Positions 58,273-64,000 of a stretch of 64,000 nt of DNA are shown one piece after another. Positions within the stretch are counted from its first letter, which is position 1; every line of letters starts with the position of its first letter. The notes beneath the pieces were generated by a model. That model was not told the DNA's origin, made no database searches, and worked only from the letters and a program-made list of their open reading frames with translations. The translations under genes and the position numbers were made by a program. The stretch lies in IMG/VR virus record IMGVR_UViG_3300021959_006017, positions 124,001 to 188,000 of that record. The stretch is one strand, 5' to 3'.

Positions 58273-58881
58273 ATGGCAAGTTCAATAATAAGCACAACAT
58301 TAGATGCGAACTATCCTGTAGCTGGTGTTGATAATGATACCCAAGGATTTCGTGATAACTTTCAAATCATTAAAGATGGTTTAACAACAGCAGCAAGTGA
58401 AATAACATCGTTGCAGAACAATACTGCAAAACTAAACGAATCAAACGATTTTAACGGTACAAATATTTCAGATGCTAATCTTGTAACAAATACCGAGCAA
58501 TATCATAACATCGGTACAGTTATTAGTGACCAAAACATTAGTTTCTTAAATGGTCATTATCAAGTAATGACTATTAATCCAGCAGATAATGATATTACAT
58601 TTACCCTAGCTGATTGGCCTGATAGAGATGGACTTGCAAAAATAACTGTCCAGATTAGTACACTATCAAAAGACCCAGAGCCAGAAGTAGATCAAACTAT
58701 TACATGGTTATCAGCAGGCGGCGGCACAATCAAGGCTAGCCAAAATTTTCCTAGCCCATTTGTTTTAAACACTGCTACAAACGATGTTGATGATGGTGGT
58801 CCAGCTATTATTGAGTTTTGGACTTACAATCAAGGAACAACTGTTTTTGCTAACTATTTAGGTAGATTTAACGCAATCTAA
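58273..58881 (+). CDS. Hypothetical virion protein
   Basis: D.NYPVAG.DND.QGFRDNF..IK..L..A..EI..LQ; lies at the end of the structural block. Confidence 0.55.
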   Translation: MASSIISTTLDANYPVAGVDNDTQGFRDNFQIIKDGLTTAASEITSLQNNTAKLNESNDFNGTNISDANLVTNTEQYHNIGTVISDQNISFLNGHYQVMTINPADNDITFTLADWPDRDGLAKITVQISTLSKDPEPEVDQTITWLSAGGGTIKASQNFPSPFVLNTATNDVDDGGPAIIEFWTYNQGTTVFANYLGRFNAI

Positions 58882-59117
58882 TGCATCCATTTATAAACAA
58901 CTTATCAGAACTAAGCGACAACGAAGTAGAAGAAAAAATATTTCTACTTCAACGCCGCTTTTTTCAAACTTCTAATCCAGATCTACAAGGGCAAATCCAA
59001 CTTGCTCTTGACACGTATAAACAAGAAATAAACACAAGAAGAGCTCTAGCAGCCCAACGTCAAAAAGATCAACAAGACGGTAATAAAGGTCTTGACAATC
59101 TTATAAATGTATCGTAA
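58881..59117 (+). CDS. Hypothetical protein
   Basis: TAATG coupling; 78 aa. Confidence 0.55.
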   Translation: MHPFINNLSELSDNEVEEKIFLLQRRFFQTSNPDLQGQIQLALDTYKQEINTRRALAAQRQKDQQDGNKGLDNLINVS

Positions 59118-59120
59118 AAT
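59092..59120 (+). promoter_or_regulatory. Sigma70-like promoter, probably leaderless transcript
   Basis: TTGACA-N17-TAAAAT; ATG 6 nt downstream. Confidence 0.65.
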
Positions 59121-59126
59121 ACATTA

Positions 59127-59684
59127 ATGCTTATGAAAACAGACGAACTAGGTATACCACGATTCTCTAACCGCGATCTTATCGATATGATCTATAGCGG
59201 CAATGCTGACAAAGTACACGTTGTACTATGTAGCGAATCTGACGAAATTGACAAGTTCAATAGTGCAATGGAAGAACAAGGTATGAATCCATTGCAAAGG
59301 TATATTCCACTAGATGTAGATCAAAAGACATTTGACGGTGTATGTCAAGGTGAATGGTTTATGCCACAAGAGTATAAAGAACTTAATCCTAACAAATGGC
59401 TTGAAGCAAAACTAATGGAAAAACTACAAATAGAAGATCCTGTGGCGTTGCGTGATACACAAGAATGGATCCGTGTAACCGAAGAACTTACAGAATATTC
59501 TGCTCGTGGTATGTATCCATTATTACAATATATGATATATTTGGTAGACTTTATGCGTGAGAACGATATTGTATGGGGTGTAGGACGTGGATCAAGTGTG
59601 GCTAGTTATGTGTTATACTTAATAGGTGTACACAAAATAAACTCAATCCAATATGGCCTAGATTGGCGTGAGTTCCTTCGATAA
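59127..59684 (+). CDS. DNA polymerase III alpha (DnaE)-like N-terminal fragment
   Basis: R..EEL......, LVD.MR...I.WGVGRGSSVASYVLYLIG...I....YGL...EFL matches the DnaE GRGS region; the ORF ends before the D-x-D motif. Confidence 0.8.
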   Translation: MLMKTDELGIPRFSNRDLIDMIYSGNADKVHVVLCSESDEIDKFNSAMEEQGMNPLQRYIPLDVDQKTFDGVCQGEWFMPQEYKELNPNKWLEAKLMEKLQIEDPVALRDTQEWIRVTEELTEYSARGMYPLLQYMIYLVDFMRENDIVWGVGRGSSVASYVLYLIGVHKINSIQYGLDWREFLR

Positions 59685-59711
59685 ATAAGTACGTAGTTTA
59701 AGGAGTCTATA

Positions 59712-60095
59712 ATGGCGAAAAATAACCAAGTTAAAGCACAGCATAGAAGTATGCGTGGTAAAATAGTAGATATGGATCTACTAAGAAAAAGAAATGAGCT
59801 TACACCAGCAGTAGGTAATGCTCGTGTAAATGCACGTGGTGACGAACTAGGACCAGGCGGAAAGATTATCCGCAAAGCAGATGATCGTGTACGCGAACAT
59901 TATAAAGTAGCGGGTAAAGTTCGTAGCAGTTCGGGTCGTGCAAAAGCAAAAGCAGACGAAGTTGTTTCAACACCAGAAGAAACTGTTGCTATCACTGAAG
60001 AAGTTTCTGTAGAAGAACAAGCAGAACTTGAAGCAATGGATGAAGAATGGGTTGAAGACAAAGAAGGAAATTTTGTACCTAAGAGCGAGGCATAA
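59712..60095 (+). CDS. Hypothetical protein
   Basis: TAAATA at 59682, AAGGAG RBS; G..VDM..L...NE..PAVGN..VNARGD.LG.GG. Confidence 0.6.
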   Translation: MAKNNQVKAQHRSMRGKIVDMDLLRKRNELTPAVGNARVNARGDELGPGGKIIRKADDRVREHYKVAGKVRSSSGRAKAKADEVVSTPEETVAITEEVSVEEQAELEAMDEEWVEDKEGNFVPKSEA

Positions 60096-60506
60096 ATGGC
60101 AGTACACTTACAAAAGTTCAAAGGAAATTTAAAAGCAATAGGGGACCGTGTGTTAGTTACCGATATGTATTTTGGTGAACAAAAAACAGCAAGCGGCCTT
60201 ATCATTAACAACGATGACGGGACCACACGTGGCATTTACCCACGTTGGGGCAGAGTATATTCAAAAGGTTCAAGAAACGAAGACATCTATGAAATCGGTG
60301 ATTGGATCTTAATCGAACACGGTCGTTGGACTCGTGCAATGGCATTAGAAACAGATGATGGCGAACTTGAAGTAAGAATGGTAGACAGTGAATGTGTACT
60401 AGCATATAGTAAAGAAAAGCCGGATGATGTACAGATTGGTGCAGAGTACAACGATGGTGCTCATGCAACTATTGATCCAACTAACTTTATGGGACAACAG
60501 CATTAA
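60096..60506 (+). CDS. groES: GroES-like co-chaperonin
   Basis: L.AI.DRVLV......E.KT.SGLII, G.V...G, .GD..L. Confidence 0.75.
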   Translation: MAVHLQKFKGNLKAIGDRVLVTDMYFGEQKTASGLIINNDDGTTRGIYPRWGRVYSKGSRNEDIYEIGDWILIEHGRWTRAMALETDDGELEVRMVDSECVLAYSKEKPDDVQIGAEYNDGAHATIDPTNFMGQQH

Positions 60507-60865
60507 TGACAAATCCATTTAAAGATATTGACACGTTTGGTTCTGCGTGTGACCAAGAACCAAGTGAAGCAAACTATAAAATGTATCTTAGTTTGATCAA
60601 AGAAGAGTACGAAGAACTACAAGAAGCAGTCGAAGCAAATGACACTGTAGAACAACTTGATGCACTTGTTGATATTCTTGTTGTTACTATGGGTGCGATC
60701 CGTGCCGCAGGTTGGGACGGAGAAGGTGCTTGGAAAGAAGTAATGGACACAAACTTTGCTAAGATTGATCCAGACACAGGCAAAGTTCGCAAACGTGAAG
60801 ACGGCAAAGTGCTAAAGCCGGAAGGCTGGAAGGCTCCAGAACTTGCACAGTTTATAGGAGATTGA
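60506..60865 (+). CDS. MazG-like/PRA-PH NTP pyrophosphohydrolase
   Basis: LI.EE..EL.EA, D..E..DAL.D...V..G, EV...N..K, REDGKVLKP.GW..P. Confidence 0.85.
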   Translation: MTNPFKDIDTFGSACDQEPSEANYKMYLSLIKEEYEELQEAVEANDTVEQLDALVDILVVTMGAIRAAGWDGEGAWKEVMDTNFAKIDPDTGKVRKREDGKVLKPEGWKAPELAQFIGD

Positions 60866-60866
60866 T

Positions 60867-61550
60867 ATGAATACAAGAACTATGACAGGTGCAGCATACG
60901 ATGAATATTTACGGCAGTTTATGCTGGCCCTTTATAACTATACAGCACTAGGCTTAGGTATTACTGGTGTTGTTGCATACCTTACATATGCAAGTGGATT
61001 AATGTTTGCTATGGGTGGGTTAATGTGGGTATTTGTTTTTGCACCTTTGGGGATGATCCTTTACTGGAGTTTTGCAGGACAAAACTGGTCGTTTGAAAGC
61101 ACACGGATGTTTTACTTGATCTTTACAGCAGTAATGGGTGTAAGTATGAGTACGATATTTGCTGTATATACAGCTATGAGTATTGCACAAGTATTTTTTA
61201 TTACTGCTGCAACATTTGCAAGTGCTAGTCTGTACGGATACACTACCAAGAAAGATCTTAGCGGTTGGGGTAGTTTCTTACTAGTAGGATTGATTGGTAT
61301 TATTATTGCAAGTATTGTAAACATCTTTATGCAAAGTAGTGCAATGATGTTTACTATTAGTGTATTAGGCGTCTTAATATTTACCGGCCTCACTGCATAC
61401 GATACACAAAGAGCAAAGACCACTTTTCTTAGTGGAATGCTAGGTACAGAAGAACTAGCAAAGTTTGCTATTTCAACAGCGTTAAGTTTATATCTAAACT
61501 TTGTCAATATGTTCCAAATGCTACTAAGTTTATTAGGCAATCGAGAATAA
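60867..61550 (+). CDS. Bax inhibitor-1/YccA family membrane protein
   Basis: Seven hydrophobic segments; FFITAA.F...SLYGYTTK.DLS, F.GLTAYDTQ, AL.LYL.F.NMF. Confidence 0.93.
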   Translation: MNTRTMTGAAYDEYLRQFMLALYNYTALGLGITGVVAYLTYASGLMFAMGGLMWVFVFAPLGMILYWSFAGQNWSFESTRMFYLIFTAVMGVSMSTIFAVYTAMSIAQVFFITAATFASASLYGYTTKKDLSGWGSFLLVGLIGIIIASIVNIFMQSSAMMFTISVLGVLIFTGLTAYDTQRAKTTFLSGMLGTEELAKFAISTALSLYLNFVNMFQMLLSLLGNRE

Positions 61551-61556
61551 AAACAC

Positions 61557-61604
61557 TTGACTCCTTAGCATTTATACGCTATAATATGTATAAAGCTAAG
61601 GAGT
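61557..61604 (+). promoter_or_regulatory. Sigma70-like promoter inside a hairpin that sequesters the next RBS
   Basis: TTGACT-N17-TATAAT; ACTCCTTAGC (61560-61569)/GCTAAGGAGT (61595-61604) plus TTTATAC/GTATAAA. Confidence 0.75.
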
Positions 61605-61608
61605 TTTC

Positions 61609-61767
61609 ATGAAAATAACAAATCAAACAGCAGGTATTGGTACTACGGGTGCTACAGGGTTAACACTCATGATACTACATACCACAGGATATCTCACAGG
61701 TTGGGCATGGCCTTTACTGTATGTATTCTTAATAATCGCAGGTATTGGACAAGAGAATAGGAAATAA
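61609..61767 (+). CDS. 52-aa membrane protein (not in ORF track)
   Basis: AAGGAG RBS; MKITNQTAGIGTTGATGLTLMILHTTGYLTGWAWPLLYVFLIIAGIGQENRK*. Confidence 0.6.
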   Translation: MKITNQTAGIGTTGATGLTLMILHTTGYLTGWAWPLLYVFLIIAGIGQENRK

Positions 61768-61768
61768 T

Positions 61769-62308
61769 ATGGCAACTCATGCAATGATCGACTTAGAAAC
61801 ACTAGACACAAAACCTAGTTGTACTATTCTAAGTTTAGGTGCAGTAAAGTTTGACCCTATGTCAGATTCAGAACCTCATAGTGAACTTTACTTTAAGATT
61901 AATATCGACGAACAGAGTCAACTAGGACGTACTGTTAGTGATGACACTATTAAATGGTGGAGTCAGCAAGATCCTAAAGCACAAGAAGAAGCATTTAGCG
62001 AACACGGCCGTGTTGGTGTAGAAACTGTAGCGAACGAACTAACCAAATGGATTCATAATACTGATGTTATTTGGGGACATGGATATGGATTTGACATTAC
62101 AATCTTAGAAGATTATTTCCGTATGTTAAAGCGTCCTATTCCGTGGCAGTTTTGGCAAGTGCGAGACAGTCGTACATTGTTTAGTGCAATGAAGAACGGA
62201 GATCCTCGCAAGGGTATGCAAACAGATCTTCACAATGCGCTTGCGGATGCATACTATCAGGCTAAATCAGTACAAATGGCATATAAAGAATTAGGAATAA
62301 CTCGATGA
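61769..62308 (+). CDS. DEDDh 3'-5' exonuclease (DexA/Rv2179c-like)
   Basis: MIDLETL, W..G..FD..IL, RD.RT, HNALADA. Confidence 0.88.
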   Translation: MATHAMIDLETLDTKPSCTILSLGAVKFDPMSDSEPHSELYFKINIDEQSQLGRTVSDDTIKWWSQQDPKAQEEAFSEHGRVGVETVANELTKWIHNTDVIWGHGYGFDITILEDYFRMLKRPIPWQFWQVRDSRTLFSAMKNGDPRKGMQTDLHNALADAYYQAKSVQMAYKELGITR

Positions 62309-63219
62309 AAGAACTATGGGTAGAAAAGTATCGTCCAAAGACAGTAGACGGTTATGTGTTTCGTGATGATGCACAACGCAATCAGGTAAAGACATGGATA
62401 AAAGACAAAACAATCCCGCACTTGCTGTTCTCAGGCAACGCAGGTATAGGAAAAACTACCCTGGCAAAGCTATTATTCAACGAGTTAGACGTGAACGATC
62501 TAGACGTCTTGGAAATCAACGCTAGTCGTACGAACAGTGTAGATGACGTTCGCGATAAGATTGTAAACTTTGTACAGATGATCCCATTTGGGGACTTCAA
62601 GGTGGTACTACTAGATGAGGCTGATTACTTATCTCCAAACGCACAAGCCGCACTTCGTGGAGTTATGGAAGAATATCATACTACTGCTCGTTTTATTCTT
62701 ACCTGTAATTATCCTAACAGGATTATTCCTGCTATTCACAGTCGTTGTCAAGGCTTCCATATTGCCAAAATCGATCAGACAGAGTTTACAGCAAGGGTTG
62801 CAGAGATTCTTATAACAGAAGGTGTTACTCCAGACTTAGATACATTAGACACATATGTGAAAGCAACTTATCCAGACTTGCGCAAATGTATCAATATGGT
62901 GCAAATGAACAGTACAAACGGACAGTTACTTGCACCAAACGAAGGTGATACAGGAGACAGTGACTGGAAACTAGAAATGGTTGAGCTGTTTAAAGCAGGT
63001 AAGATCCAAGATGCACGTAAACTACTGTGCGGTGCTATTCGTCCAGAAGAAATGGAAGAAGTTTATCGTTGGTTGTATGACAACATTGAACTGTTCGGAA
63101 CTGAGGAACAACAGGATCAAGCAGTACTAACTATTAAGCAGGGTATGGTTGATCATACCCTAGTAGTTGATCCGGAGATTAATCTAGCGGCAACATTGAT
63201 TAGATTAGCGAGACTTTAA
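62305..63219 (+). CDS. Clamp loader AAA+ subunit (T4 gp44/RFC-like)
   Basis: LWVEKYRP, G.AG.GKTT, EINAS, LDEAD, SRC, PD.RK..N. Confidence 0.93.
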   Translation: MKELWVEKYRPKTVDGYVFRDDAQRNQVKTWIKDKTIPHLLFSGNAGIGKTTLAKLLFNELDVNDLDVLEINASRTNSVDDVRDKIVNFVQMIPFGDFKVVLLDEADYLSPNAQAALRGVMEEYHTTARFILTCNYPNRIIPAIHSRCQGFHIAKIDQTEFTARVAEILITEGVTPDLDTLDTYVKATYPDLRKCINMVQMNSTNGQLLAPNEGDTGDSDWKLEMVELFKAGKIQDARKLLCGAIRPEEMEEVYRWLYDNIELFGTEEQQDQAVLTIKQGMVDHTLVVDPEINLAATLIRLARL

Positions 63220-64000
63220 TGATCAATCCTTTATTATACCTTTATCTTCATATACCTCGAACAGGTGGCACAACATTTCAGTGGAGTGTTGGACATCCGG
63301 GCGACAAAGAAAATGATAGACATTTAGCACACTATCTTTATGTAGACAGTTGGTCAGAAACAGCATACGAAGACTGGCTTGTTCCTACACTTAGCAAAAG
63401 AACAAAAGAACAACAGCAAAAACTTAAAATAATGAGTGGTCACAGTGTGTTTTGTAATAGCCATAGATGGCTTAGAGAAAAACGTGAGCCCAGATATATT
63501 ACAACTGTAAGACATCCTATTGAAAGACTGTTGAGCGACTTTAACTATAGATATGTAAAACAACACTATTGTCAAGATCCAGCACTTTTTAGTAGATGCG
63601 CACCAAGAAGTGACGAACACGCTATTAGACAAAAGAAAAACGTAGAAGATTATGACACACTTTATGAGTTTTATCAAGACAACAGTTTTCAACACAACAT
63701 TCAATGTAAATGGATAATTAAAAGTTTTCTAACATACGAAAACGACATATGGAAGGCACACAAAGATTATATATACGGTCCTGACACAGGTATAGCAAAC
63801 GACGAAGCAATACCTATGACATGGCCAGACTGGTGCAGATATGAAAGTGGCATTGATTGGCACGAGTTTTTACAAAGTTTAATGGATCGTATGTGGTGGA
63901 TTGGTACAACAGAAACACTAGCAAAAGATATTCCTGCGTTTTGTAAGCATTCAGGGCTTGAAAACACTTATGAGAAAACAAATGAAAGTAAGTTGCAGTA
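63219..64000 (+). CDS. Sulfotransferase-family protein (partial, runs off the window end; not in ORF track)
   Basis: TAATG coupling; LYLHIPRTGGTT (PAPS loop), SGH and YIT.VRHPIERLLS.FNY. Confidence 0.75.
   Translation, partial: MINPLLYLYLHIPRTGGTTFQWSVGHPGDKENDRHLAHYLYVDSWSETAYEDWLVPTLSKRTKEQQQKLKIMSGHSVFCNSHRWLREKREPRYITTVRHPIERLLSDFNYRYVKQHYCQDPALFSRCAPRSDEHAIRQKKNVEDYDTLYEFYQDNSFQHNIQCKWIIKSFLTYENDIWKAHKDYIYGPDTGIANDEAIPMTWPDWCRYESGIDWHEFLQSLMDRMWWIGTTETLAKDIPAFCKHSGLENTYEKTNESKLQ

Overview
A 64 kb, AT-rich, densely coding segment of a large myovirus-type (T4-like/jumbo) phage genome. The host is probably a marine alphaproteobacterium, inferred from the look of the PcyX, CspA and YccA proteins. 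In order it holds: a hemO-pcyX bilin cassette; a curli-export/FecR/autotransporter/CHASE2-adenylate cyclase envelope module; an early region of small ORFs with IF-1, Dam, TilS and ClpP; eight CCA-encoding tRNA genes in two clusters around cspA; DNA ligase, QueD, UvsE and IscA; a tail/baseplate block including a 2934-aa protein; then an N-terminal DnaE fragment, GroES, a MazG-like protein, YccA, an exonuclease, a clamp loader and a sulfotransferase. Two promoter classes recur: sigma70-like TTGACA-N17-TATAAT and a late-type TAAATA. The best candidate for a new system is non-coding and absent from the ORF track. It is a classical-geometry transcription attenuator (promoter, 20-codon leader peptide, antiterminator/terminator) in front of a tRNA cluster. 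Its four consecutive control codons, TGT-TGG-CCA-TCA (Cys-Trp-Pro-Ser), are exactly those read by the four downstream tRNAs (Trp-CCA, Pro-TGG, Ser-TGA, Cys-GCA), which suggests phage tRNAs made on demand when the host versions fail. Also notable are a hairpin RNA whose loop is antisense to the RBS and start codon of the autotransporter gene, a preQ1-I-like leader before queD, and early promoters embedded in hairpins. Protein calls rest on motif recognition by eye; no database search or folding program was run.
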